Notes: generated from the letters alone by a model not told the origin. Counted from the stretch's first letter, positions 1 through 13,715 are shown. The stretch is DNA of 64,000 nt from Lytechinus pictus (GCF_037042905.1 NC_087245.1:37326001-37390000); one strand, 5' to 3'. Numbers and translations: made by a program.

Positions 1-300
1 ATCTCTCATCAACACCACGAACAATGACGAATCTGTGATCAACCTCCTAGCACTCATCAGCAGGCCTGGCTTCAATCTTTAGCATTCGTTAGCAATCAAA
101 AGAGTGCAATTGATGTGACATTCTTGGAAAGCCTTTCATTTCTGCAATATTTCATTCCAGGGTGATTATATAATTTTCGATATGAAACCCCACTTGCAGG
201 AAAATAGTGTGGCTGAAATGATAGGGTGATCTCGCTTGACAAATGTCGGTGGAATAATATTAGGGATGTTGTGGCCAAAAATATGTGATATGAAGCAGCT

Positions 301-481
301 ACCTGGGGGCCGTTTCATAAAGCTGTTCGTAAGTTAAGAGCGACTTTAAGAACGACTGGTGATCCCTTCTTACGCGCTAAACCATCGCCAATGAATATAC
401 CATTTATCACAAGAAGGGATCACCAGTCGTTCTTAAAGTCACTCTTAACTTACGAACAGCTTTATGAAACACCCACCAGGT
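301..481. mobile_element. Palindromic MITE (GGGGCCGTTTCATAAA family)
   Basis: 60-bp arms at 312-371 and 411-470 are reverse complements with one mismatch. A degenerate partial copy lies at 42899-42998. Confidence 0.85.
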
Positions 482-1433
482 GTGGTAGTGTGAGGTTATG
501 GGGATGATACGTGTTTATGAGGATTCGTGGCATGAGTGTGGATGATAATGATTTGGAGGAAATAGTATGTGTGACATGATGTGGGTGACAATGTGTGTGT
601 GTCACTGTCACCAAATAAAAATTGGGTGACAGTTTAGCTGGCATACTGGGGACACCATTGTGTAGTGTACGATTCGAATAACAGATGGTCTGTGTGTATG
701 TGTGTGTATGTATTACATGCTGCATGACAAGGGTGACATTGCGGGGGAGACCATCTGTAATCGCCTTATAACCGGGACGAGAGTGTGACACTCAACTATC
801 CCACCAGTGACGTTTCCGGAAAAAACAGGGACGGCTCCCATATTCTTCAGCCTTGATGCAAATAAAACACAGATAGTGCTAAAGTAATAGAAAATGGCCA
901 AAATGTGTGTGAATCACTTAATATGTCCCCGGTTACCGCAACTTTGTCACTCACATTCACAAATGTCCCCAACTGCATGCTGAACACAAGAGTGTGTGTC
1001 CCAGATTGCATATTATAGACCGAGTGTATCTGTGTTTTATTGTCCTTGTTTGGTAGCAACTAAAAGTGAGTGTGTGGGAGTGTGAGTGTGTGTGTATGCT
1101 TCCTATAGTCTACAGACTGACTCTAGGTGCATTCCCAGGGGATGCATAAGCGCAGGATAAAAATCGAGCCATTCTAATAACTCTCTTCTTCATCTACTCT
1201 GTGGTTACCAAGTCACTTGTGACAAAAATAATGCTGAAGATACTCATACAGATGATGGTTAAAATTAAGAGCAAAGGGGCGCAGATTCAACACTTGGGGG
1301 CCATTAGTGGTTGAAGCAATCAAATAACTATCGAGGACTTTGATTAAGAATCCCTGCCTGGTAATGGCAAACTCCTCTGTGGTTGTTCAAGCCACATTTT
1401 CAAACATTTGCCACAAAAAAACTTCTCTCAAAT

Positions 1434-2089
1434 CGTCGGCGGTCATCCGAACCGTCGTATCACACAAATGACGGTGCATGCAAACCCATTTCAGAGAAAA
1501 TCGACTTCAAAGTTTACTGTAATTTTCACACTTAGTTCCCCAGCCTTACAACATATTCATTGCTAGAAAAATACATGGTTGGAAAGACCAAGAAAAGTGC
1601 TTGACATTGGTATCTTTATTTTTACACAAAACTAAGGATCCGAGAAAATATGGCAAAAGAGCTACATGCTTGTAATTTCGGTTTGAAAGGCTTAGATTTT
1701 CCCTGTACAAAAAAAGCCATCGAGAAAAAGCGATACAACGTTTTGACTGACCGCGATTTCAATGTGCGCGATCATTCAAAACGTTGTATCGCTTTTCACG
1801 TGCAAAGTCAATGCAGTGCCAAGTGCTGATACTACCGTTTGGCTGACCACGCGCATTGAAATCGCGGTCAGTCAAAACGTCGTATCTCTCTGTTACAGTA
1901 CGTTTCCAATGGGATTTGCGCAATTTATTAAAAATTTGTATGGCACCGCCGTGAAAATCCTCTCATATCTCAGAAAATAAAATAAATTGCTGCCTAGAAA
2001 TGAAGTTATGAATAGAGTAGGACTTGTACTTTCATTTTCTGCAATAATCTCAAAATTGAATGATACGACGGTTCGGATGACCGCCGACG
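1434..2089. mobile_element. Non-autonomous DNA transposon with 29-bp TIRs and 4-bp AAAT TSD (Sola1-like)
   Basis: CGTCGGCGGTCATCCGAACCGTCGTATCA at 1434-1462 and its exact reverse complement at 2061-2089. AAAT flanks both sides (1430-1433, 2090-2093). Nested internal inverted repeats at 1725-1880. Confidence 0.8.
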
Positions 2090-3430
2090 AAATATCACAT
2101 ATATACATGTAAAGTAACCAAACAAAGCAAATAACTGGTACTCCAACATTTGCGCCTGTAGTGAATCTGCATAGCTAAGGGTGTCAAGGTAAAACCTGGG
2201 TCCCTGCCTTGGTCGAGTCTGACAAATACAGGTACATCTTATTGTATATGACCAATGTTCGAACATGTTTTAAACATGGGTGCCTATCAAGTCCATATGA
2301 AATCCCATATTAGTCTAACCTAAGGCTAAAAAATCAATTCATGAACAGGCTGCATGCATCAACCCTATAAACTACTTTTAGGAAGAAATGGAAAGGAACT
2401 TTGCTCCACTGCAAAGAAAAGAATGAAGAGGGGGTATACTTGCCAAATTAAATTTGAGTTAAGGCCTAAATGATATTACTTGCTTGCCCTAACAGAGGAA
2501 AAAAAAAGCTCAGTCTATATTCTTTAATTTAAAAAAATGGTATGATATGAAAGGGTATGAAAGAGCTGCTAGATCTTTTTTTTAAATAGCCATTAAGGGT
2601 TGTTCAGGACACAAGTTTCCTCTGCATGTTCATAACATAGGTCTATTTGTAAAAAAATGTTGAAAATGTATCAAAATCCGGGATGGTAAGCAATTTTTTT
2701 GTTGGTCATAATTGAATAAAAAAATTAAAAAAGGTTGGCAGGTCTTGCTAGGGTCAGTCGGGCTATGGCAAACAAAGTTGTTGCTTTTATTTTGCTTTAC
2801 GTGGTGAAATTTTCCCAAACCAAAGATTTTGTAACATTATTTCCTAGTATTACAAGCTCGAGATTAATTAAATCTTAAGTCGGTCATGGCCACAATGACC
2901 ATGTTTCTATAACACGACCAAATATCTTTCCTGAATTCCATATTGTCTTAATCCATGCATCATTAGACTTTAACAACACCTGGACTAGTACTGTGTTTGT
3001 TTGACCAAGAAAGAGTCGAGCGTCCTATGCACATATAAACCCTTTTGGCTCTTTAGGAAACAGGTTATATTGCTCAACTTTGTTAACAGGTCAAGCTTGC
3101 AACATTTGGCACTAGTATCCTTTTGTAATTTAATGACGTAATGACAGGCATTTGGATGGCTAAATACTTAATTTTCTAAAGGCAAATAAAGTAACTAGGA
3201 TGATTTGGAGTTAAATCTAAACAAAATTGCCCCAAGTTCTTATTAAGCATTACATTGTGCAACTGAAAGCAATTCCTCAACGTTTGAGATCCTAAAAACA
3301 TCAAACTGTTATGGTATTTTATTACATTTTTTGTTATCTTCAAATTCAGAATTTCAACCCTTAAAATTTGATGATTTTTAGAGACAAAAATCTTGAAATC
3401 ACTCAACTTCATTTGTGGAGTAGATTTGCT

Positions 3431-5020
3431 GATTGATAGCCCACTGCTCATGGTTGCCCAGATTGATAGCCCACTGATCATGGTTGACCAGATTGATAGC
3501 CCACTGTTCATGGTTGCCCAGATTGATAGCCCACTCATCATGGTTGCCCAGATTGATAGCCCACTCATCATGGTTGCCCAGATTGATAGCCCACTCATCA
3601 TGGTTGCCCAGATTGATAGCCCACTCATCATGGTTGCCCAGATTGATATCCCACTGATCATGGTTGCCCAGATTGATAGCCCACTGATCATGGTTGACCA
3701 GATTGATAGCCCACTGATCATGGTTGCCCAGATTGATAGCCCACTCATCATGGTTGCCCAGATTGATATCCCACTGATCATGGTTGACCAGATCGATAGC
3801 CCACTGATCATGGTTGCCCAGATTGATAAGCCCACTCATCATGGTTGCCCAGATTGATAGCCCACTGATCATGGTTGCCCAGATTGATAGCCCACTGATC
3901 ATGGTTGCCCAAATTGATAGCCCACTGATCATGGTTGACCAGATTGATATCCCACTGATCATGGTTGACCAGATTGATAGCCCACTGATCATGGTTGACC
4001 AGATTGATAGCCCACTGATCATGGTTGACCAGATTGATAGCCCACTGATCATGGTTGACCAGATCGATAGCCCACTGATCATGGTTGCCCAGATTGATAG
4101 CCCACTGATCATGGTTGACCAGATTGATAGCCCACTGATCATGGTTGACCAGATTGATAGCCCACTGATCATGGTTGACCAGATTGATAGCCCACTGATC
4201 ATGGTTGCCCAGATCGATAGCCCACTGATCATGGTTGACCAGATTGATAGCCCACTGATCATGGTTGACCAGATCGATATCCCACTGATCATGGTTGCCC
4301 AGATCGATAGCCCACTGATCATGGTTGACCAGATTGATAGCCCACTGATCATGGTTGACCAGATCGATAGCCCACTGATCATGGTTGACCAGATTGATAG
4401 CCCACTGATCATGGTTGCCCAGATTGATAGCCCACTGATCATGGTTGACCAGATTGATATCCCACTGATCATGGTTGACCAGATTGATAGCCCACTGATC
4501 ATGGTTGCCCAGATTGATAGCCCACTGATCATGGTTGCCCAAATTGATAGCCCACTGATCATGGTTGACCAGATTGATAGCCCACTGATCATGGTTGACC
4601 AGATTGATAGCCCACTGATCATGGTTGACCAGATTGATAGCCCACTGATCATGGTTGCCCAGATTGATAGCCCACTGATCATGGTTGCCCAGATTGATAG
4701 CCCACTGATCATGGTTGCCCAGATTGATAGCCCACTGATCATGGTTGACCAGATTGATAGCCCACTGATCATCGTTGCCCAGATTGATAGCCCACTGATC
4801 ATGGTTGCCCAGATTGATAGCCCACTGATCATGGTTGCCCAAATTGATAGCCCACTGATCATGGTTGCCCAGATTGATAGCCCACTGATCATGGTTGACC
4901 AGATTGATAGCCCACTGATCATGGTTGCCCAGATTGATAGCCCACTGATCATGGTTGCCCAGATTGATAGCCCACTGATCATGGTTGCCCAAATTGATAG
5001 CCCACTGATCATGGTTGCCC
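3431..5020. repeat. 30-bp minisatellite, about 53 copies (GATTGATAGCCCACTGATCATGGTTGCCCA)
   Basis: Directly visible, highly homogeneous tandem array with a few recurrent variant positions and a single 1-nt insertion near 3828. Confidence 0.98.
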
Positions 5021-5484
5021 TACGAAGACTATATAGAATACAGGTAGTATGCTAATTAGGAACACCAAAGTGTGTATACTCTGCACACTATAAAGGTCAA
5101 AGTATGTGCCCCCTCCCTCACCCAAAGACAGTCTTTCAATCTAGACAGAGGCTGCCGCTTTCATCTTTGCCTTTGGGAGTTTGATATTGTTACATGAAAC
5201 ATCAGCAATTTGTCTGATGCGCAATGGTTACGAAGCAATCACCGCCTATCAAATCCTGTCTTGCGTTAGTAGTTTATTTTTATTGCCGAATGTCCGCTGG
5301 CAGTTTTTCTGTTACGAAAATCCTTGTGGATAAAAAGAAAACATCGAACACAAGACAGATTTGATAATTGCCTGTAATCCCCACATATCATCTTTGTTCT
5401 TTAATGATCGTGTGATGGTCCAACCAATACGGGTCCCTGTATATGTCACGCTCTCTTTTCTCCCATCTTCTATCACCTTATCTA

Positions 5485-5990
5485 TTCTCTTCTCTTTATC
5501 TATCTCTCTTCTTTCTACTTTTCATCAGTAATATCTCATAACCCTCCCTATCACATGTTCCCCCCTCTCCCCTCCTCTCCATCCCCCTCTCTCTTCTCTT
5601 TATCTATCTCTCTTCTTTCTACTTTTCATCAGTAATATCTCATAACCCTCCCTATCACATGGCCCCCCTCTCCCCTCCCCTCCATTTCCCTCTCTCTTCT
5701 CTCTATCTATCTCTCTTTCTACTTTTTCATCAGTAATATCTCATATTCCTCCCTATCACATTTCCCCCCTCTCCCCTCCTCTCCACCCCCCTCTCTCTTC
5801 TCTTTATCTATCTCTGTTCTTTCTACTTTTACATCAGTAATATCTCATAACCCTCCCTATCAAATGTTCCCCCTCTCCCCTCCCCTCCATTTCCCTCTCC
5901 CTTCTCTTTATCTATCTCTCTTCTTTCTGCTTTTCATCAGTAATATCTCATAAACCTCCCTATCAAATGTTCCCCATCTCCCTCTCTCTC
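5485..5990. repeat. Pyrimidine-rich tandem repeat, period about 101-104 bp, 5 copies
   Basis: The anchor CATCAGTAATATCTCAT recurs at 5523, 5627, 5728, 5832 and 5935. Confidence 0.9.
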
Positions 5991-5994
5991 TTAA

Positions 5995-6596
5995 AGGACA
6001 AGTCCACTCTAGCAAAAAGCTGATTTGGATAGAAAGAGAAAATTCAAACAAGCATAACACTGAAAATTTCATCAAAATCGGATGTAAAATAAGAAAGTTA
6101 TAATATTTTAAAGTTTCGCTTAATTAAACAAAACAGTAACATGCACATCCTGTTCGGTAGGCAAATGAGGGCACCGATGACATCACCCACTCACTATTTC
6201 TTTTGTATTTTATTATATGAAATATGAAATATTTTGATTTTCTCGTCATTGTCATGTGAAACGAAGTTTCATTCCTCCCTGAACACGTGGAATTCCATTA
6301 TTTCAACATTTTGTGGTTCAGGCAAGGAGATCCTAATTGTCAAATTTGTAAAAATTGAAATATTGTATAATTCAAACAATAAAAACAAAAGAAATAGTGA
6401 GTGAGTGACATCATCGACTCTTTCCTTTGCATATCACTGAGTTGAGCATAGAACTGTTTTGTGAGAAATAAGCGAAACTTTACAATGTAAAAATTTTCTT
6501 ATTTTACATCCGATTTTGATGAAGTTTTCAGCGTTTTTCATATTTCATTTTTCTCAATTTATTTAAATCAACTGTTTTCTGGGGTGGACTTGACCT
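5995..6596. mobile_element. MITE with TTAA TSD and AGG...CCT termini (Kolobok-like)
   Basis: TTAA|AGGACAAGTCCAC...GTGGACTTGACCT|TTAA with long imperfect TIRs containing GAAAATTTCATCAAAATCGGATGTAAAATAAGAAA. Same family as 41299-41853. Confidence 0.85.
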
Positions 6597-8104
6597 TTAA
6601 GTACTCTCTAATCATCTGTTTGTCTGTCTGTCTTTTTCTCCCTCGCCCTTTTCCCTCCTCTCCATCCCTCCCCCTCTCTCTTTCAATGTTTTCCTCCGTT
6701 ACTTCCAAATATACAATTGATTTGAAACTCCATGAATGCCAAATCATTTAAAGTGATGATGACTATTGTATAGGAGAACATAGAGAAGAGATCGTTTTAT
6801 TCATAGATGTATAGGTGTATATATATATATATATATATAATTTGAACTCCAGAAACTCTTAGAAAATACATAATTTAACATACACCAAAGTTTACACAGA
6901 AATATAGTCCACAATATATACTCAGAATATATACACACAATGAACATATACAAGCAAAATTCATTAGAATTGATGTTTTTACATAAAATCCCCTATAACC
7001 TTTCACTCAAATCACACACTTCTAATATTCATAAAATCCATTTCTGTACATGGTAATTTTGTTAATACAGCTTTGTGACTTAAAATTAGCTGGTGTGCTA
7101 CTCTGTGGCATGAATATTGATCGGATCGATAAACATTCGATCTAGGCAGATGGCGACACAATCATTCATTTATAAGGACAGATCGATAGCTTTCAGAATT
7201 CATAAAATCATATTTAGTATTGTAGGTTTACAAAGTAAATCATTCACCGTAGCTCTCGCACATAACAGAGTTAAGAGATATTTTCTGTGCACTTTTTGCG
7301 TGGGGCATGTACTTTTGACGTTTCCCCAACTGTAACATACAGAAGCAAACAAAAAAAATCTGGCACATATTATGCTCATGCTTACTACGATTACAATGTT
7401 TTTTATCCATCATAATTTAATAAAAAACTAAATGGATAATTTCTGATTTCATTTTAATTTCATTATTTATGATGTGTTTTTAATGAGAATATAGATGAAA
7501 ACGTGATGTGGCTTGTCAAATGCACATTTATCTCCTAATCAAAATGGAATTATAAATAGTCATAAAACTCAAGATTGATTACAGTATGTAGAATATGAAC
7601 CTTATTACTTTTCAGTGAAATGATTCTTAAAGCACATTAGGTATGTATTTCAACATTCCAAACTGCTTAATCAAATGTTTGATACGAAATGTATCAAACA
7701 GTAATAACGGTACGGTGACATCATCAAAACTGTCTCCAAACCAACAGATGATATGTAGGTTGAAATAACGTAATAGCTTTGGCCTGTCGTGAGTCGGTTT
7801 CGTTGGTGTGACGGTTGCATTTTACAGTGTAAATTTACGAAAGTTCATGTGCAATCAGATATTGTTTTAAAAAATCAGCACAGCACTCCTCAAAGGCTAT
7901 ATTGTGTTACCTCTGATTTGAAAAATATGGAGATTTACACTAAAGTAATGACATGAAATTACTTTTCACCCTTTCTCCAGTCCATTGCTTTGAATCACAT
8001 TTTGTAAAAGATTACATGAAAGTGAGACAAGTAGTAGTTGAAATATTGTTAAATACAGATAGTAAAACATTACTGTCAGCATTGGTGTTGTAAAAGAGAA
8101 AGAA

Positions 8105-8460
8105 ATAGTACGGCAGAACTAATAGTAGTAGTAGTAATAGAAGAAGGAGAAGTAGTGGTAGAAGTAGAAGTAGAGCTAGTACTATTAGAAGTAATAGTAG
8201 TTGAAGTAGTAGTAGAAGTAGTAATAGTAGTAATAGTCATAATAGCAGTATTAGCAGCAGCAGCAGCAATAATAGTACTTGTAGTCGTGACGGTAAAGTA
8301 CATATATATTGGTAGTAACGCCATAATTAAAGCATCAGTTGCAGTTGAAAAATGAGAAGTAGTGGTGTTGGTAGTCATATTAGTAGTAGTAGTAGTAGTA
8401 GTAATAGTAATAGTTAAGTATAATTTTCAGCTCGGCAGCAGTAGTAGTGGTAGCAGTTGG
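8105..8460. repeat. Degenerate (AGT/AGC/AGA)n trinucleotide low-complexity tract
   Basis: Runs of GTA, GCA and GAA repeats. Confidence 0.85.
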
Positions 8461-9788
8461 AAAACTTGAGCCAGGAATTCAAGCCATGCCCCAAACCTCA
8501 CAACGTGCTGTCATTCCACAATTAACCGGTTGACTTCCAAATGTTTTAATTCCCATATGCTACATTCAAGCACCGCCCAGTTTGGTAGGCAATGGGTTAA
8601 TAATCTGGACAGGGTCCTTCTAAAGGCCAATGTCCTCACTCCAACCTGAAGAATATTACCAAGGACATCTTCTATATCATATTAACACAAGCTAACCTTC
8701 TCTCAAAGACGCAGGCCTGTCCTTGAAGGTTAAGGTCCTGCAGCGTATCCGACCGGACATCTCAAATTACATTAGATGTTGCAGCATGCAGGCTACATTT
8801 GACTTCCCTGAAGAAAACAAAAATTGTTGATGTGTTATGTTACCCCCGTTCATGGTGATTACCTCATGAGCTCCAACGCCTTCACCTTGGGGTGCGTTTA
8901 TGCGCCACTTTTTTATCCTGAGAATTATGATTAGAAACGTGTTTTGAAACACATTTCTGCAGAATCACGGTTGTGTTTACAGTGCGTTTATGCGCCACTG
9001 CATTAAAAAATCAACAAGATACCTGAAAATTAGATAAAATAGGCTGCTTTTGCTCAAAGACTAAATGCAGCTGAAACAAGATGAATTCCCGGGCCAGAAA
9101 AAAACCTTTATCCTTTCCTGATATCAATGGCTTTTTGCAGGTCCTGTCTTTGTCCGACTAAATTATTAAATTGCATGGAATGCATATTCTTTTAATAAAT
9201 AACAAAAATGAGAATGGTGCTTTAACAACAATTATTTCTTCTGCCTTATATTACCATACTAATAGTTAGATGTTGTATAACACATGTTCTTTTGAAGTAT
9301 GGAATCTGATCACTTCATATTGACATTTTTTAACCCAACCATGAGATACAACGATAGCTGTTCTTTAAGTGCTCTTTTTACGCCAAATAAGCCCACTTCC
9401 TTGTCAATGTCACTTGTTCAAGTGTAAGCCGGATATAGTTTCAATTTTCATTAAACATTTGACATTAAATTAAAAAAAAAAGCTTTCATCATTACTAAAC
9501 AAAAAGCTATAGTGAAACACACGCAAGTAGAAGCTTCATGGTGATGATAGTGACTTTTCATCAGGAATAGATTGCTCAAATGGAAACTCGATTTTATAAG
9601 GTTAATGTTTTCCTAAGACTGTAAATCGACCCTTTCTGGTGATCAAACTTGAATGATTTGTAAATACTACCATATTCCACCATATTTCAATTCACCTTAA
9701 TTCAAATTATTCAGAAGGTCAGTGTGATTACAAACCTCACTGGAATTCTGTTTCATATTAGATAATCATCTCTTGGTCTTTGGCCGCC

Positions 9789-10081
9789 TCAAACAACTAT
9801 TTTTACCTTCTGCTTATCTAACAAATAATGACGGCATCGTTTGATCTCATAATGTCAGTATTCAGTTTGTTTGAAATTTTTTCTTATGCATTAGCATTCT
9901 GAAAGTAATTATGAAATACTTTCAAATAGTAAATTCAAACAACTATTTTTACCTTCTGCTTATCTAACAAATAATGACGGCATCGTTTGATCTCATAATA
10001 ACAGTACTCAGTTTGTTTGAAATTTTCTTTTATGCATTAGCATTCTGAAAGTAATTATGAAATACATTCAAATAGTAAATT
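9789..10081. repeat. Tandem duplication of a 146-bp unit (2 copies)
   Basis: TCAAACAACTATTTTTACCTTCTGC... starts at 9789 and again at 9935. The copies differ by only a few substitutions. Confidence 0.9.
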
Positions 10082-11461
10082 ATCAGTAGATTGAAAGTAA
10101 CAATGATGAAAAGATTATAAAAAGAACAATTATGAAAATGACATGGTTACAACGCTATGTATATTGATAATTATCATTTGCATGAAATGTATATTTGACT
10201 AAAACATCCATAAACTAATTTCTATTCTAACTATGAGGAATGAGAAGTGATGGTTTCCATGTTGTTTGGGAGATGAGTCAGAGCATAATCCTACCCTACA
10301 CTTTAAATTTCAAAGATATATATACTACAAAAAAAATCAAAGATATAGAGACCAACAGAACATCATGCTTTAATTGTGATGCACTTCCCATCCAAGATGA
10401 GCATATATAGGCCTATACTATTATGATTGAGAGCTGCAAGAAAAAGTAATCCGACTTAACACTCTGTGGAAGGATAAAGGCCAATCAAAAGAGTATAAAA
10501 AACATCAGAAAGAGGTTTTAAAGAGAAAAAAAATAATTTTCAATATTTTTCTATTTTAGAGAGAGAGAGAGAGAGATAGAGAGATAGAAAAAAGGAGAGG
10601 GAGAAAGACAGAGAAAGAGAACATCTGCAGAAAATTCTGTCAAAAGAAAAATACTGTGTTCTTTATCATTATATGATGATCATATAAAAGTTTGCGGTTT
10701 AATATTTTGACGTACGTCATTCTGCTATATGCTATCCCACTGAGGATTGCGTCCATTCTTGTGGTCATAATAAGGAATTGTACGCTTATCAAAATCAATA
10801 CCTGTCATCTTTTGGTCTATTGATTTGATTTGATGGATAAATTGAATGACAAAATGTTGAATACTAAATAATTCATTTTGTGTTCATTACTGGGTTTTTT
10901 TTCTTAGTTTTTCAGCCTCATTTATTCTGTTCTAAACCTTTCTGAAGTTATTTTCAAGTATCTTTTTATATAAGAATCATATCATTTGTAAGAATACTAA
11001 TATGACAATTTTGGATGATTACAAGCCCTTATTTTGGAGTAAAGGCCGATTGGTTTAAAATCGTAGCCAATCGTACAATTGCTATGATGTCATTCTGACT
11101 AGAGATTATTATTCAAATAAGGATGATGGTAGTAGCATAATCACATATTTGAAAATAAGTATTCATACAATGATTTAGAACTTAACATATTGAGATGTTC
11201 CATGTCTCAATATTCACATCAAGTTTTAATACTTTTTTATTCTAAAATCAGGTTGCAGACCAATCGTAAGGTGTGCGTCGGCATTTATATAAAACACTGG
11301 ACATTGAATGCTTCCACTCTCGACTTGGTTATGGATTACTTTTTCTTTTGCTCTTTTGTGAAGTCATGCAACAGGCACTAAAGGTCGCACGCCCATGCAC
11401 CCCCGATTCTGCTAGCTACACTGCTGAATCCTGCTCAAGCAAATATTTCTTATTCCCCTTC

Positions 11462-11471
11462 ACCCTCCTCC

Positions 11472-11506
<35 letters not shown>

Positions 11507-11512
11507 CTCCTC
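11462..11512. repeat. (CCT)n microsatellite
   Basis: Direct inspection. Confidence 0.85.
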
Positions 11513-11965
11513 TTTGTAGGTGAGAGAGAGAAAGGATGGACATAAATAGAGACCAAAACAAGATAGTACGCTATATGAAATGAAGGAGAGAACAATTGAT
11601 GCAACTCGGCTGAGCAAAATAAGGGTAACAGAAAAAAGACAAATCAGTCACACTTCCAAATTGATTTCTGTGAAGCAATGAGAGGTAAGAACAAGAGAAT
11701 GGAGCACAAAAATGAGCTCGCTGCATTGAAGATGTGAGGTAATTTGATTTTGGAGCAGGGGGAAACAGCGTACATGAATCGATAAAGCTAGCTTGCTACA
11801 TCAATAAACCATACGTTCGATACCTCACTGATATGAATCGCCATCTGCAGCTACATTGTAACTTTAGACACGTAATCTGGCTTTCTGCCATCAACTTTAT
11901 TCATTCAGAATTTTCACATTTTGGGGCTTGAAAACTCTGAATTTCTTGAGATTGACATGTGAATG

Positions 11966-12193
11966 TAGAGACAGTGATATTCCGTTTCAAAAAATGATCT
12001 TTTCCATTTCTGAAAATCTGTAATTCCGTTTCAACTTGATCTAAAAATGGAAATTCCTTTGCGTCACTGGGAATATACACAGCAAAAACCTGAATTCCCT
12101 TTTACAAAGGTGAATTCCATGATTTTCTGCATGAGAAGTATAAGAACCAAACGGATTTTCCGTTTCTTTTAAAACGGAAAATCATTGTCCCTA
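11966..12193. mobile_element. Small MITE with TAG termini and 6-bp TSD (hAT-like)
   Basis: Left end TAGAGACAGTGATATTCCGTTTCAAAA versus right-end reverse complement TAGGGACAATGATTTTCCGTTTTAAAA. TGAATG directly flanks both sides (11960-11965, 12194-12199). Confidence 0.7.
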
Positions 12194-12384
12194 TGAATGC
12201 ATTTTCAATTATGAGAAAATAATTTCAAGTCAGGGGAATAGCGATACTTAGGGGACAACGGGCAAGGAAGCTGTAGACGAAGCAGAATTAGTACCAGTAG
12301 TGCTTAATTTAGTCATAGAAGTTGCTCAGCAATGTGGTTGTGGTAGTCATTGTTGCACTAGTCTGGTGGGAGTTGCAGCAGTAG

Positions 12385-12459
12385 TGATAATAGTAGAAGC
12401 TGATAGTGGTGGCTGCAGAAGCAGCAATAGCAGCAGTAGCAGTAGTAGAAGTAGTAGTA

Positions 12460-12513
<54 letters not shown>

Positions 12514-12872
12514 CGAGTAGTAGTGGTAGTATTAGTAGTACGAGTAGTAGTAGTGGGAGTAGTGGCGGTGGTATGGTGGTGTAGTAGAAGTAGTAGTTGT
12601 GGTGGTGATGATCGTAGAGGTAGTAGTAGTAGGAGGAGTGGCGGTGGTATGGTGGTGTAGTAGAAGTAGTAGTTGTGGTGGTGGTGGTGGTGGGTGATGG
12701 TCGGAGAGGTAGTAGTAGAATAGCAGTAATAAAAGTAGTAGCAGTAGCAAATGTTTTATAAGTAGTTACAGAAGTAGTAATGAAAGTGGTGGTGGTGGTA
12801 GAGGTAGTAGTAGTAGTAGTAGTAGCAGTAGTAGTAGTAATAGTAATAGTAGTAGTAGTAGTAGTAGTAGTA

Positions 12873-12915
<43 letters not shown>

Positions 12916-13088
12916 AAGTAGCAGTAGTAGTAATAGTAATAATAGTGTAGTAGTAGTAGTAGTGGTGGTAGTAGTAGTACTAGTAGTAGTAGTAGCAGTA
13001 GCAGCAGCATTATCAGTGTATAAATAGTAATAGCAGTGATAATAGTATTATTTGTAAAAGTAGTAGTTGTAATAATAGTAATAGTGTC

Positions 13089-13128
<40 letters not shown>

Positions 13129-13140
13129 CAGTAGTAGTAG
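12385..13140. repeat. Long compound (TAG)n/(TGG)n microsatellite region
   Basis: Extended AGT repeats with GGT and AGC variants. An internal duplicated block (GAGTAGTGGCGGTGGTATGGTGGTGTAGTAGAAGTAGTAGTTGTGGTGGTG-like) occurs at about 12557 and 12636. Confidence 0.95.
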
Positions 13141-13715
13141 ACTATGTATCTTAGAAACATTGGAATCATTAACATATTAATACTCTTCAAAACCAATATA
13201 TCCATACATCTGAGTCATTCCAAATGAAAATGTAAAATCCCCAACCCATCATTTAATGTTACAGAGAAACAACTTCATTTTTCGATTTCCAGATACGTAT
13301 GATTTTTTTTAACAACACATGTATGCACAACTCACAAGTTGTGAGGTTTCATAAATTATCCCATTACTTACAGAATAATAACATTTCTTTGATATAATTG
13401 CTCTTTACAATTGATTCATTTTGAACAAAACAAGGTCTTTAAATGATTGCATTTACCCCTCTCCCCCTCCTTAAGGCCTAAAATATGAATGACTACTTTC
13501 AGTCTCTGTCAATTTTCATGGTAATCATAAAAGCATTTGTTTTGAAGTCGGCCTGGCAAACACAAGTACTTTGTTTTTTTGCTCTGGAAGGAACATCCAT
13601 GGTATTTGACAAGTACTTTCAAATATGAATGCTGCAGCGTGAGACCTCCACAGAAAGGCCGATGACTTTTCTCTTCTCATGAATAGTGAATATTCCTGGA
13701 AACTATGGAGACTAA

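Noticed and set aside
3431..5020. CRISPR-like array or long protein-coding ORFs (537, 413, 394 aa)
   Set aside because: Units are head-to-tail with no unique spacers, there are no cas genes and the context is eukaryotic. The ORFs arise because the 30-bp unit lacks stops in three frames.
8522..8600. Tiny piggyBac-like remnant (TTAA|CC...GGG|TTAA)
   Set aside because: The inverted termini match too poorly to distinguish it from chance.
11500..11530. Plus-strand AG|GT motif (CTCTTTGTAG|GTGAGA) as a recursive splice site
   Set aside because: The pyrimidine tract is just a (CCT)n microsatellite, and there is no other evidence for a plus-strand transcript. A similar weak motif at about 20570 was also dismissed.
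12300..13205. Poly-Ser/Val/Tyr/Leu/Thr ORFs (also 8076-8378)
   Set aside because: These are translations of (TAG)n-type microsatellites with no splice or domain support.
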